This document shows positions 52,801 through 62,600 of a stretch of 64,000 nt of DNA, in pieces. Source of the stretch: Leptogorgia sarmentosa (taxonomy: Eukaryota); contig OZ210884.1 in the NCBI GenBank assembly GCA_964658305.1, positions 3,348,001 through 3,412,000 of the forward strand, given 5' to 3'. The notes beneath the pieces are model-generated. The model searched no databases and was not told the origin of the DNA. It was given only the letters and a program-made list of their open reading frames with translations. Position numbers and translations under genes: made by a program. Numbering within the stretch: the stretch's first letter is position 1; the number at the start of each line of letters is the position of its first letter.

Positions 52801-53663
52801 CTTGACACATTAGTGTGAGAAAATACATGTCATACCGCATTGTTGGAAAGGAGAATCACTCAACCAGTGAATGGTTGCCCCAGTTGCTGAACAATCAATG
52901 ACATAAGTGTAATGTTTACTGCATACGTGGCAGTCATGCAATCCTTGAATATAATTTACTAGCTATTTAAATACAGGTGTATAATGAGGTGCATGCATTT
53001 ACATTAAGGTCAGGATATTACAATAAGCATCTACTGCTTGACAGAAACAAACTATGATCACCACCACACCCACAATTAATACGCATAAGCAATTGAAGAC
53101 CTTGCGTTCTTTCTTGTGCCTATGTTATGCTTATGTTGGTTTATTTTTTGGTTTTGCAAATGATGTATGCGTATGCTTATGCTTGCGCTTATGCTTATGT
53201 TCAGTGAGAGCCAGCCTTTAGATATTTCGCAAAGGAAGAGATTTATAAGAATTCGGGGAAAAACTTTATTATAGTCACGTTTAAGAGGTGTTTTTTTTAA
53301 TGCAATCAATATAATGTTGTTCGATGTTGCACTTTAAGCAATGCTAAAACTCGGGTTTTTAATTGTTTTCGATTAAACGAATTGAAAAAAATGTTTTTTC
53401 GAAAAACGTGGCGAACCGGTAGCTACTGTGGTATTTTTTCTTTTGTATTTAATATTTAAATTAATATTTCAATAAAAATACTACTCTTTTCCTTGCAAGT
53501 CAGACAGTTTTAATCACAGGAAACTCGTATTATGATTGTGCGTGTATTAACGTAGCCTATAGTATGATTATTTAAATAATTTCAAACCTTCACTACGATC
53601 AACTTTGAGAAATGCAAATGTCGCAATGAACCAAATCGCGGCGATCTTCCATTCAAAGGACAT
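280..53663 (-). CDS. Gene B: giant multi-exon extracellular protein (signal peptide, 3 YWTD-like beta-propellers, long Ca-binding EGF array, tandem SEA-EGF-SEA modules); 3' end lies beyond the left edge
   Basis: 67 exons with canonical AG/GT boundaries and compatible phases, summing to 9838 nt (3279 codons + 1), with no stop found. Domains recognised by motif: EGF_CA D-[IV]-[DN]-E-C...C-x-N-x-x-G-S-[YF]-x-C, SEA G-S-V-I-V, and YWTD-like blades. Exon coordinates are in the module entries. No transcript evidence. Confidence 0.85.
1976..2208. mobile_element. Degenerate G/C-run MITE next to the duplication breakpoint (also near 13933-14177, 26353-26603, 39718-39983)
   Basis: Imperfect terminal inverted repeats catgggcatacg / catatgcctatg, with a G-run and a C-run inside; TSD not clearly preserved. 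Confidence 0.4.
2550..8132 (-). CDS. Gene B SEA-EGF-SEA module, third (7 exons)
   Basis: SEA1 8017-8132, 7072-7139, 6513-6724; EGF 6003-6128; SEA2 5165-5277, 4105-4172, 2550-2722 (RDGSVIV). Confidence 0.85.
2747..3642. mobile_element. Head-to-tail dimer of a non-autonomous hairpin element (Crypton-like); insertion specific to this copy
   Basis: Absent at the equivalent sites (about 14716 and 27079). Monomers are 2747-3221 and 3222-3642. Each has a long hairpin at one end and CCAAT plus tataataa at the other; no TIR. Superfamily assignment is inference. Confidence 0.75.
7512..8005. mobile_element. Older hairpin/CCAAT element (Crypton-like), present in all units (about 19985-20478, 32321-32813)
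   Basis: Starts taatcacatagagggcaaaat, contains ctgattggct and ends in an imperfect long hairpin then ctaat. Same family as 10609-11063. Confidence 0.55.
8694..13835 (-). CDS. Gene B EGF linker between SEA modules 2 and 3 (7 exons)
   Basis: Fused EGF exon 13665-13835, then 12974-13096, 12176-12304, 11671-11796, 10471-10593, 9617-9733, 8694-8816; all phase 1-1. Confidence 0.85.
10609..11063. mobile_element. Second member of the same older hairpin/CCAAT family (also about 23083-23537, 35645-36101)
   Basis: Clear similarity to 7512-8005; terminal hairpin gtaaaattaaggattaatttcac...gtgaaattaatccttaattttac. Confidence 0.55.
14519..20605 (-). CDS. Gene B SEA-EGF-SEA module, second (7 exons)
   Basis: SEA1 20490-20605, 19545-19612, 18986-19197; EGF 18476-18601; SEA2 17633-17745, 15520-15587, 14519-14691 (RNGSVIV). 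Confidence 0.85.
14776..15080. mobile_element. Penelope-like retroelement remnant: inverted pair of ends with hammerhead motifs
   Basis: Absent at the equivalent site (about 3700). Flanked by direct repeat gttttctta (14767-14775, 15081-15089). Arms of about 105 bp (14850-14957 / 14973-15076) each carry a CTGANGA...GAAACATGTA motif; the plus-arm core is mutated to CTGGAGA here. Confidence 0.65.
15751..17161 (+). mobile_element. Non-autonomous Helentron-type element (HINE / DINE-1-like), 1411 bp
   Basis: Absent at about 4654; inserted in a T-run without TSD. 14-bp subterminal IRs tagtgcaaagtttc / gaaactttgcacta, palindromic 5' end, 8-mer minisatellite (gtcatcga/gtaatcga) near the 5' end, and a small 3' hairpin atcc-tt-ggat. 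Confidence 0.7.
21167..26256 (-). CDS. Gene B EGF linker between SEA modules 1 and 2 (6 exons; DKNEC exon absent)
   Basis: Fused EGF exon 26089-26256, then 24652-24780, 24147-24272, 22945-23067, 22090-22206, 21167-21289; all phase 1-1. Confidence 0.85.
25250..25913. mobile_element. Non-autonomous hairpin element (Crypton-like), copy-specific, opposite orientation to 2747-3642
   Basis: Absent at about 1535, 13492 and 38860. Perfect 44-bp inverted repeat 25762-25805 / 25863-25906 at one end; ttattata...ctgattggttga..agcggtccg at the other, shared with the reverse complement of the 2747 element. Confidence 0.75.
26882..32940 (-). CDS. Gene B SEA-EGF-SEA module, first in transcript order (7 exons)
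   Basis: SEA1 32825-32940, 31894-31961, 31342-31553; EGF 30833-30958; SEA2 29996-30108, 27883-27950, 26882-27054. SEA phases 1-0-2-1. SEA2 reads [19 protein letters not shown]...[16 protein letters not shown]. Confidence 0.85.
27139..27443. mobile_element. Penelope-like retroelement remnant (duplicate of 14776-15080)
   Basis: Same insertion and same gttttctta flanks; the plus-arm core CTGAAGA is intact in this copy. Confidence 0.65.
27366..27406 (+). ncRNA. Minimal type I hammerhead ribozyme motif (Penelope-type)
   Basis: gca-CTGAAGA-T-GGCATC-ctgaa-GGTATC-GAAA-CATG-TA-tgc: stem I gca/tgc, stem II 5 of 6 pairs, palindromic minimal stem III, GUA cleavage triplet ending at 27403. Activity unknown. 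Confidence 0.55.
28114..29524 (+). mobile_element. Non-autonomous Helentron-type element (duplicate of 15751-17161)
   Basis: Same length, termini and insertion site; appears identical by eye. Confidence 0.7.
33526..45519 (-). CDS. Gene B array of 17 single-EGF exons, mostly Ca-binding (fibrillin-like), rich in N-glycosylation sequons
   Basis: All phase 1-1, 117-129 nt: 45400-45519, 45109-45234, 44680-44796, 43885-44007, 43289-43405, 42396-42515, 41579-41701, 40779-40898, 40238-40357, 39502-39621, 39040-39159, 38025-38147, 37215-37343, 36703-36828, 35507-35629, 34636-34752, 33526-33648. Confidence 0.9.
33706..33878. mobile_element. hAT-type MITE, 173 bp, 8-bp TSD
   Basis: Near-perfect palindrome with CAGGGCCGTCGCTAG...CTAGCGACGGCCCTG ends. 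TSD ggtactgt at 33698-33705 and 33879-33886; empty sites at about 8870 and 21343. Confidence 0.9.
38414..38729. mobile_element. Non-autonomous hairpin element (Crypton-like), 316 bp, copy-specific
   Basis: The empty site ggctataatg is seen in the other units; tataat is repeated at both ends. About 80-bp inverted arms 38419-38497 / 38517-38597, and agccaatca about 45 bp from the other end. Confidence 0.75.
41834..41973 (+). repeat. Purine-rich low-complexity repeat (gggaaggcgag-like units), intronic
   Basis: Direct inspection; explains the R/G-rich and P/L-rich spurious ORFs here. Confidence 0.75.
42870..43032. mobile_element. Degenerate relative of the 33706 MITE (further relics near 60570-60712 and 63545-63602)
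   Basis: Shared core ttgaaatcagttgttt..aattaatttc.aaagaaa and end tatgaatat..ccccccc..caat. Confidence 0.5.
45974..46998 (-). CDS. Gene B beta-propeller 3, two exons
   Basis: Exons 46632-46998 (367 nt, phase 1-2) and 45974-46347 (374 nt, phase 2-1). Motifs [40 protein letters not shown]. Confidence 0.8.
47422..47968 (-). CDS. Gene B two Ca-binding EGF exons between propellers 2 and 3
   Basis: 47849-47968 ([28 protein letters not shown]...) and 47422-47538 ([27 protein letters not shown]...); phase 1-1. Confidence 0.9.
48175..49282 (-). CDS. Gene B beta-propeller 2, two exons
   Basis: Exons 48892-49282 (391 nt, phase 1-2) and 48175-48551 (377 nt, phase 2-1). Motifs [43 protein letters not shown]. 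Confidence 0.8.
49534..49918 (-). CDS. Gene B EGF exon plus half-EGF exon between propellers 1 and 2
   Basis: 49799-49918 (120 nt, [40 protein letters not shown]) and 49534-49614 (81 nt, [27 protein letters not shown]); both phase 1-1. Confidence 0.8.
50512..51705 (-). CDS. Gene B beta-propeller 1 (LDLR class B/YWTD-like), two exons
   Basis: Exons 51315-51705 (391 nt, phase 1-2) and 50512-50882 (371 nt, phase 2-1). About 40-aa repeats such as [53 protein letters not shown]. Confidence 0.8.
52198..52311 (-). CDS. Gene B exon, Notch-type EGF ([38 protein letters not shown])
   Basis: 114 nt, phase 1-1, six-Cys EGF pattern. Confidence 0.9.
52836..52958 (-). CDS. Gene B exon, small 4-Cys N-terminal domain ([41 protein letters not shown])
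   Basis: 123 nt, phase 1-1, ctag| acceptor and G|gtatga donor, open frame. A competing AG lies 4 nt upstream (52962). Confidence 0.6.
53588..53663 (-). CDS. Gene B first coding exon, signal peptide [25 protein letters not shown](G)
   Basis: Minus strand reads ctattcacacag|ATG...GAAG|gtttga; 76 nt, ends in phase 1. Hydrophobic stretch follows a Lys. The ATG directly follows an acceptor. Confidence 0.7.
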
Positions 53664-55321
53664 CTGTGTGAATAGAAATGAAGCATCGATAATATCAGTA
53701 ATAGCTAAAACAAAACCACATCGCACGAGAATCTCAAGGGGAATTGTTGTCGATAAAATTCATTAATATTTATTTAAAATAATTAAAATAAGAGTTTTGA
53801 TTGGTTAAGAGCAGTGAGTGAATTCGTCAAATCTGCTCGGTAAAACACATAATTATACGACATTATGACGTAATTATATGTCGTAGCTATATTTAAAACT
53901 CATATACGACGTTATTCTGCCAACCCTTGTCGTATATCGTAGACTTTCTCAAATATTTGATAAAGGCATCAAGAACTGCATTGGCTTCAGCAGCAAAGGT
54001 AGGGTTTCCAGCAATGCTATAAACCCTATGTTGCACTTTTTCTTAAGAGACATTTCGATAGCTGCCCTAATTGCTTTAATTTTTGTTTTCTTGCAATACC
54101 GTCGTCTTTCTGAAATTCTTTGTATTTATGTATTAGTTCATACATTTAGCGATGGACCAAGCGATTACCAAAAAACTCTCACAAACAGAACTTCGACTTT
54201 CTATTTTAATTTGTAATGGCAATGCTACCTCAGCCTTGTTCCGCATTACTTTGACAGGCTAAGTATGCGCTATTCTCGGTGAATTGCACCCGAAATCTTC
54301 TAGAAATAATTATGCATTCTGTTGTATATTAATAGCATAGTAAACATTATAGTAAGCACTTAAAAGCATCTTAAATATTTTATCAATGTGGGTTACGCTC
54401 CTTGCGCATATGATAATATGCCAATTTGTTTTTGCCAAACATCATAACTGTTTAAATGTATACGAGTCAAAATTGCTTGCCTTCTTCGTTGTATCGTTCA
54501 AGCAGTATTTTTTAAGACAAGCTATATAATATCTATATCAAATGTCGCTACCTGGTCGCTCTTTGTTTCCAAGCTAAAGATAGCAACTGTCAAGACAGCA
54601 CGAGGAACTGGAACTAAGGATAGAACAAAGCCTGTCTCAGCGACTCTGGCAAATCACAATTACCGTTTTATTATTTTCAGCCGCTTGCCGTATGCTCACG
54701 TGTCAGCAAAATTTACATGAAAACAAATTTATTGCAGCCATTAAAAGTTTTCGGGTATCTCATCAATGAATTCTCGTCATTTATCGCTTCCATTTTCTTT
54801 AAAGAAAACATTTGAATGTACATTAGGAATTGCTAAGAGAAAACGATCTGACTTGCACGGGAATGAAATAGTCTGATTCAGCATCTTCATGAATGCAGAG
54901 TAAGTCATGGAAGACTTTTGACGGATGCACCTCGAGTTGTTTTAGCATTAGACTCCGCCAAGAAGCCATAGAAATAAGAAACCTTTTGTCGTGAATATAT
55001 AGTTAGGTTATAAAAATCGCTACGAGCACTGGACGTTTTCAGAATAAATATCATACATGTAATAGCGGAATGTGTAGAAAACTACCACAATGTAAAACCT
55101 TGTAGCTATTTAAGATAAAGGGACACTAAACCAATCGTAAAACACTATATGATTTAACTCAATCTTTGTATTTTGCTATTATATCCAGAGCGCTATAGCC
55201 TACATGTTTATTCTAAGTTCAATTTTATTTTAGACATTTTAGGATCTGAAGTTCTTCGTAACATTAGCAATGTGATTAGCCTAGACATGTATAGCAATGT
55301 TTAATAGCCAAGCAAACTATA

Positions 55322-55375
55322 TAGCAATGTGTGATTAGCAATGTGTGATTAGCAATGTGTGATTAGCAATGTGTA
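55322..55375 (+). repeat. 14-bp minisatellite (tagcaatgtgtgat) about x4
   Basis: Direct inspection; partial units also at about 55265 and 55292. Confidence 0.85.
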
Positions 55376-56320
55376 GTATCCTTGCTAGCTATATACCTTT
55401 ACGTTAAATAATGTTGTATTGTACTCTACCATACCTTTTAAAGATAACGCTATTGCATGAAGTGTTATTGTAAGTTCTCAGGATGCAGACTTGACCGCGA
55501 CTTCGAAAAATGACCGTATCTTCAAATCTTGTAGAAATTTTAAACAATTTAGGAAAAAATTGGGAGTAAGCTCCCTAACCACTGGACATCCCCAGTGCTT
55601 GGCAACCATAATAATTAAATAATTAAATAACTGAAGGGAATTAATATAAAGAGATACGGATTTTTAAATCAAATTCCGGATCCGTGGAAAAATAACGAAA
55701 TCTATTTTGAAATCTATTAGTTGCTTCGTTCCCATCTCGAAACGACTGCCATATAGTAGCTGTTAACCTTTAAGGAATAAAAACTTTCGCTGATCATCGA
55801 GCGAAATTGATTAGCGTTCAATGCTGTTCATGCAACGATGATTAGCAATAAACAATATTCTACTGGCATTTAAAAAAAGCGATCGACACAGCTCTCGGTG
55901 AACGAGAGTTTTATAGAGAAAAGGATGCTTGGAGTTACAAACATTGGCATAATTAATAAATACAGGCTGAGTAGTTCTAACGAGGAAACAAAATTTTAAG
56001 TGTGAAAAGTGAGGATTGCGTGCACGTTTTGGATAGTAGCAAAACATAATTGACCACAAATTTACATAATAATAACGTTATCGTTGATTGCATCTATAAT
56101 AGCTCCCTAATTTTAGCTGAAAAAGACTTTTCTGTAACTTGTTATGAGCAAAATATATAGAAGAGAACTACAAGCTGTTGTTAATAAACCTGTGATATAC
56201 TTGCACCAAAATGGCATTTATATCGTTGGACAACGTTGAAAACTCAAAATTAGTTTAGCATGATAAAATAATAAGAGATTTAGGCTTTTGACGACGCAAA
56301 TGCCAAGTTGCCGGGCTTAA

Positions 56321-56656
56321 AGGGGCAGTGTCACCATTTGCGCATCTTTTTTGCGCATAGCAGGAAAAGGTTTAGAAATCGTTGGAAATCGCTCAGACAC
56401 GGTAGTTGATCATTGTTTCAGAGATAAAACCAAAGATTGACTATGACAGACTTTTAAAAATTGTGTTTATTGTCCCCAGCCCATCAAACTTGAAAACTAC
56501 AGCCTGTAGTTTTCAAAGTTGGCATGCTTACAAAGCATGCACAGTTGGTGGTAACTGCTCTTTTGGGCCAAAACTAAAGCAAACTATTATAGTATTTTAG
56601 TATTTTCTGACAATTTCTACATTTTTCTGAGCACAAAAAATGGTGACACTGCCCCT
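56321..56656. mobile_element. MITE with TTAA target duplication (Kolobok-type termini), 336 bp
   Basis: TTAA|AGGGGCAGTGTCACCATTT ... AAATGGTGACACTGCCCCT|TTAA; perfect 19-bp TIR. A purine-purine start favours Kolobok over piggyBac. Confidence 0.85.
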
Positions 56657-56727
56657 TTAACTTTATTCTCGTGGTTAAACGGAGATCAACACAGTGGACA
56701 ATTCTAACTGAAATATTCTGTGAAAGC

Positions 56728-56960
56728 TGTCCCAAGAAAAAGTCCCTTCGATAGAAATCAGCTCTTCGGTCAAACGTGCGTTGTCATTCCTTTGAGAATA
56801 AATTAAATGGTTCATGAACGACAGAAGTATATACAATAGCACGTGTTTGTGTTGCTGTTCGTCAGAACCTAATTTAAATTTTCAGAGGTTCAATAACCCG
56901 AGATTAACAACAAAAGAGTGATTTCTTCTAATAGAGGGGACTTTTTTGGGACAATGCGTA
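56728..56960. mobile_element. Degenerate MITE, possibly Tc1/mariner-derived
   Basis: Imperfect inverted ends tgtcccaagaaaaagtccc / gggacttttttgggaca; the right end finishes in TA and the left end is eroded. Confidence 0.4.
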
Positions 56961-58706
56961 CAATACAGCATTATGAATAAATCCTTTCTTGCTTTTACAT
57001 AAAGGGTTACATAAAGAATATTCCGAAGGAAAACTAATCTTAATTCGGTATGTAATTGTGTTGTGAATTGCCGGGTTATTGCTAGAATCTTCATTCAAAA
57101 GGTCTTTCACTAGGTATTTAAAGACATGACTCCTCGTTGTCTTGGGCAAAGCAAACTAATTTCGATCGAAACTCTCATATTTCCGTCAACCGGTTTTATG
57201 AACAGCAGTAAATAAAGTATAACAGATTTGATCAGAATATGTCTTGGAAACAGAAAGTTAACAACTGATTTTAATGATATAACCAAGGTAACCATGCGTA
57301 TGGAAATGACGTTCATATTCATATAATTACAATGTTCGACTAACTGAAGGAATAAATCAGTTTTGCATAAACATGTCTTTTTCCAATCCATCCGTTTACC
57401 ACGTTAAACTTGAAGCTATAAAGAAGTTATCCAAATTGAATGGATTTACGTCTCCTTTGTTAGAATGTACCTTTCGCCATTTTATTGAGAAAATAATCTA
57501 GTCTGTCAAATGTTGTATTTATCACTAAGAGTATCCAAGTCCAACCTTCAAGCAATGCAGCTGTTATGGTTTTTGCAGAAATAATCAATGAATTGGTCAA
57601 ACAAACTACTTATTTAAATAGACAGGAAAAACGTAGCAAGCTCTAAAGTTCACTCAATGTTACAAGGTATGTAAACACTTGAATGTTCGACCACAAACCA
57701 GTACAAAGCATTCAGCGTTTAAATTAGGCTACCTGTGTGTTTTATAATCTCCCACTCAAAATTAATTACAAAAGTTAAGAGTGGTAATTGACCATGAAAG
57801 CATAATTTGTTAACACTTGAAAATAATTATATGGTTGCATGACAATTGCTTATTGAGCTGGCATTAACCTAGCGTTGTGGAATGTCTTTTGTCGGGTTTT
57901 TCGTGGTATCTACTCTCGTTTATCTCGGTTTTAAGGTTAGATGGACGTTGATGATTAAGCCAACGCTGTCCATAAGTCTTCTCGCTAAAAATTTAACTCT
58001 GGCTGCTGCCATCGTCCTTCGTACCGCACGAGATTTCGAAGAATATCGATCCTTGATACTCACTTAATTACAAAAGATTGACAATTTGAATCTTTCAACA
58101 GTTTGAAAAATAAGTCTAGATTTAAAAATACAGTTCTAGAAGATTCTGCTCCCAATTCACGTGCGCATGACAGGCTGACAGCAGAAAAACACACAACAAA
58201 GCTGAGGTATTGCTATTAGAAAATTATGGGGTTGAATAATCCTGCTTTTCAGACTTTTTTGTCAATTATTAATCCCTAAATAGATGCATGGACTGATAAA
58301 CTTGAAGCACATTAATTTAGAAGCGTTCGTAGGGCTTACAGTTTTTTTGATAGTTGCGTCAGTTACCTAATATATAACCTTGCATAGACGTACACCATTA
58401 ATTTATGGAAATTATAATTATGTAGCTATGCACAAATACACAGTATTTGTTGTGAAGCAACCTCGGTACTTCTCGTACAAGTTAAAAAAAGAGCGAGGCG
58501 AGTGGTTTTAATAGCTATCAACAAGATTATTCATAATTTATCAACAACTCTCAACAACTCAATTTATCATAATATTGAGTTGTTGCTATGAAGTTTGAGG
58601 TGTTCAGTTGGTTGTTTCCAAGTGATTTAAGTGGTTCAAGTGGCTATTGTCAAATCGTTTGAGTAGTTCAAGTGCACTTTGTTTTTCAACGTGTTCCGTT
58701 CTCATG

Positions 58707-58745
58707 AGGGTTAGGGTTGGGGTTAGGGTTAAGTTTAGGGTTAGG
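58707..58745 (+). repeat. Short degenerate interstitial (TTAGGG)n tract
   Basis: gagggttagggttggggttagggttaagtttagggttagg. Confidence 0.7.
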
Positions 58746-59646
58746 AAGTCAGTTAGGCAATCAAATGAATTCAGCAGAAACGCAGGTAAAGTCACTAATG
58801 TTGGCCATGTGATACACCACAATGCGCTTTATGATATTTATGATATAACTTTCATTAAATATATTTTCGGAATATGAATTTATATCTTAAGCAAGAACGG
58901 CAGTATATCTATCCAGCGAAGCAAAATGCATTGACTTCCTTCAATTTTGCATTTTAAGTTTGATAAACTAATATTACGAGGAAAAACGGCTGAGTCCGCG
59001 ATGCATGAATTTGCAAAGTATATTGAGAAATGTTTCTATCGTTTTACTTGGCATGGGGTAAATTGTGTTAAAAGAACATTGTTTACAAAAAAAACACCTG
59101 TAACTTTCTTAAATACAAAGAAAATCATCCAAAGCAGCTGTTTGATGATAGAAAAAATTTTAAAAAAAAATTTGGAAAATACTAAGCGATCACAAGTCCT
59201 CAGTAGGTAAGTGGTAACTATTTAATTAAACACTACACTGAGAAAACTGTAGTAAAAATTCAAAGGTGGGCTACATTACAAATTACAACGTCATTTGAAA
59301 CGCGCGTCAACTAATTTGCACGATTCTCCAATCATCGACATTCCAATGATATTATTACACGTATTTTGTGACCAAATATTAGTGAAAGATTATTATAATG
59401 GTGTTTATATGTAGCTATACAAGTTGAAAAAAGCTATTTTTTAATTGAATACATTGTTGTGAATGATTTTTCCATTTCTTATGCCTAATCAAAACACCAC
59501 AATTGATTATGGATATATTAAATTTTGGATCACACATTATTGTTTGCTTACTATATATTCGTGGTTATTAGGTGCATTTTCATGACTTTTCGTCAACTAT
59601 TATAATATTGCTTTTAAAAGTGAAGTATAACTGCGCTGTTAAGAAA

Positions 59647-62600
59647 TCAGATGATATCCTCAGCGATATCCTGTTCATAATAATATATCATGATTGGACT
59701 TTTGCCTTGAGTTTCATATTCCTTCTTCTCATATTTCTTGTCTTTAGTCCTGAAACACAGTCATAGAACTGCAGTTGAGCGGATTAGACAAGTTGACATG
59801 GTTTTTTTGCTTTGAATATGGATATGAATACGAGTATGAGTACGAGTACGAGGACGAGAATGGGCACGAGAACGAGCACGAGGACAAGGACGAATACGAG
59901 CACGAGGACGTACGGACGAGAACGAGCATGAAAACGAGCACGAGCATGAGCATGGGTGAGTATTAGTATGAACGTTTCTTTGTTGATGTATAATATCACT
60001 TACTTTACACTGATAATCACAATCACGACTACTATCAGTATGATGAACGAAATAGCCACTGGAACAATAACTGCTATAAGCAGAGTTTCATTATCGTCTT
60101 TGTTTGCTTTAAGAAAAAAGAACTTTGCTTAAAATATGAATGGATAGGCTTAGATGATTCAAAAATGATTAAAAACAATAGTGAGAGAAAGCCTTTATTT
60201 TACATGCTTTTACAGTAAAAGATATGATATTAAACTAAGATTCACTTGGATACACCTATAAACTCACCGACACATGCAGTGCCATTGTTATGAAATCCTT
60301 CCTTACACTGACATTCAAAGCTGAGTTCTGTATTTACACATTTTTCATTCTTGCCGCAGATGTCTGTGTGGAAATCGCCTGCAGGATTACATTCATCGTA
60401 ATCTAAAATAGCAGCGAAAGGTCAAAAGAGTTCGTGAGGTAGGAAAATTTGCAGCATTTGGGGAATGGTTAAAGCACAAAGCAACAGCTCTATTACAATC
60501 GTTATAAGAACAATTTTTACTAACATTGGGGAACAAGTGGAAAACAAGTGTAATTTCTTATCAATCTTATTGTAGTGCCGCGGAAAATCGATATTCGGCG
60601 CGGGGGGCGGAGGGCTTATATTTATATTTTCGTGTTAACAGACATTGAGAACAATTAATTTCAAGAGAAATTAGTGATGCAGAACACGAATATATGAATA
60701 CTAGCCCCCATCCCGCAACATTCCTCAAGTTTGACTGGAATTCTTGAAGAGTATGCAGAAAAAGTAGCATAATTTCATCTCTATCAAATTGATATGGCTT
60801 TGATAAACATACTCTTGCAGTATAGTCATTTTACGATCTACAAGCATTAAAAGAACACGTAATGCTAATTATAGTTTCTTTTGATGACCAAGTTGATGAC
60901 CAAAGAAAGTACTGGGCATACCTGAGATTTGCAAGAGTGATGTACCAGCGGCAGTTTGACTGTTACTGAGTTTAAAATCAGCGCCAAGAAATAAGCCTTC
61001 AGTTGTTCGAGTCAATTCAGCAGCGAGTTCATTCTGTATAACTGAATTATTTAATCCAACTGTGTCGTTAAATGTTATTAAATAGTCTGTGATGGTGGAC
61101 CCTTTCCTGAAAATGTATATTAAAGGAATGTAAAAAAAATATTAAAAAATAGCCATACTAAAAAATATCTATCCATGTTTAGAACTCGATAATATCTGAA
61201 TGTCGCATTTAACAGTCTTCCGGGTTGATTTATTTCCCAATATATTCGGAGATAGAGAAATTGTCCCCTTTGTCTTACATAGCTGTTTTAACGTTGTGTC
61301 TCCACATACTCGAAAAAGTATTGCACGTTATCCATGGTGGGGTAGGTTTAAGCAAACATATGGGTCCTACCTCGCCACGTGTCATTTCTATTCACTTCTA
61401 ATCAACCAAGAGGTTCCGGAAGGGATGTTCATATTTCCCTTTCGTCAGCCCAATGATTAGTTCCTATTGTCACAGTGGATGCCCTGCTAAAATCTCATTT
61501 TTGCTGATGAGTCCCTATCCCAGTGTATGAAATCCCATAAGTTTTTTCAGCCAAAAATAAGCAAATCGCAGTTCCCATTTCACTCCTTCATAACCGACAA
61601 CGAAGGGTTTGCCGAATTGTTCACTTTAAAGTGCAATATTCACCTATTGATGGTTTGCGCAAAAAATGCATAGGCACCTGGCCAGATCTGAGAACAGATC
61701 TTATCATGAATTTGGATAATGCATAAATAACGATGTGTCAAACGATGTATAATAATACCGTTAACAGTTAAAATATAGCGAAAACTGTATTGTGTTGTAC
61801 TTACAATAGATCTAAAATGACGAACTGCGGACCATTCACACGCAGTATTGAATTCTTCAACAGTGCCTTAAGCTTTAAAGAGAGAGAGAAGTATTCCAAC
61901 ACAATTAATTAAATAGGTGTGCTATTAATCCGTTTTTAGGTGCTATTTTTGGGCCTTCAAAGCAATTTTGATCATGAGTAGATGAACAAAACCTTAATTG
62001 GAATTTGTATTGCTGTTCATTGGCATTCAAAACGTCGACAAACGTTCGTGTTCTTAGAATGATTAACATTTTTTCATGTCAAGGCATATCAAATGCACTA
62101 CAGGTGTTACTTTTTACATGGACCGGGATAGCCCGGTTAAACGAGCTAGCCCGCTTAAGCGAGATAACTTTGAACTAATATTACATGGACCAGGCTGAAA
62201 TAAGTTCATTAAAACATTTTTTTAATTGTGCAATAATCTCTGTTATATTTAGATAGAATACTGCTTATATACTGCATTTAAAGCCTTTCTCACATATCAT
62301 TGTTGGCGTAAAGAAAATCTTAAGCTTCGCTTATACATTCGGAGAATACGGTTCTTTTTACTCTCTCAAATTTTCAAGCGACTATTGCAAAACAAAAACA
62401 ACATATTAATTGCTAGTTTGAGTTTTTAGTACCGCTACTTGTTTACATTTTCAATATAAAAAGTCGTGCGCATGAGATTTTGATGCATTTCAACAATTAC
62501 ATGGCGGCATTTTTTAACCCGGGAATGCGGGCCAGCACGGTTGCAAAAAGAGAGATCTCGTTTTTACACGCCCTGAATTTTTACACACCGCGGAAATTTC

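Noticed and set aside
280..53663. Assigning a gene symbol such as FBN, LRP or MUC16
   Set aside because: No TB/hybrid domains, no LDL-A repeats and no PTS tract; the similarity is at domain level only.
58707..58745. TTAGGG tract as a telomere or fusion scar
   Set aside because: Only about six degenerate units, in one orientation, with ordinary flanks.
59744..59999. Four overlapping ORFs with YEYE/HEHE or VLVL repeats
   Set aside because: Products of a hexamer microsatellite within a gene A intron.
61410..61545. ctgatgagtcc...gaaa on the plus strand and ctgacga...ggaa on the minus strand as hammerheads
   Set aside because: The plus motif has no stem II complement; the minus motif lacks GAAA and a clear cleavage site.
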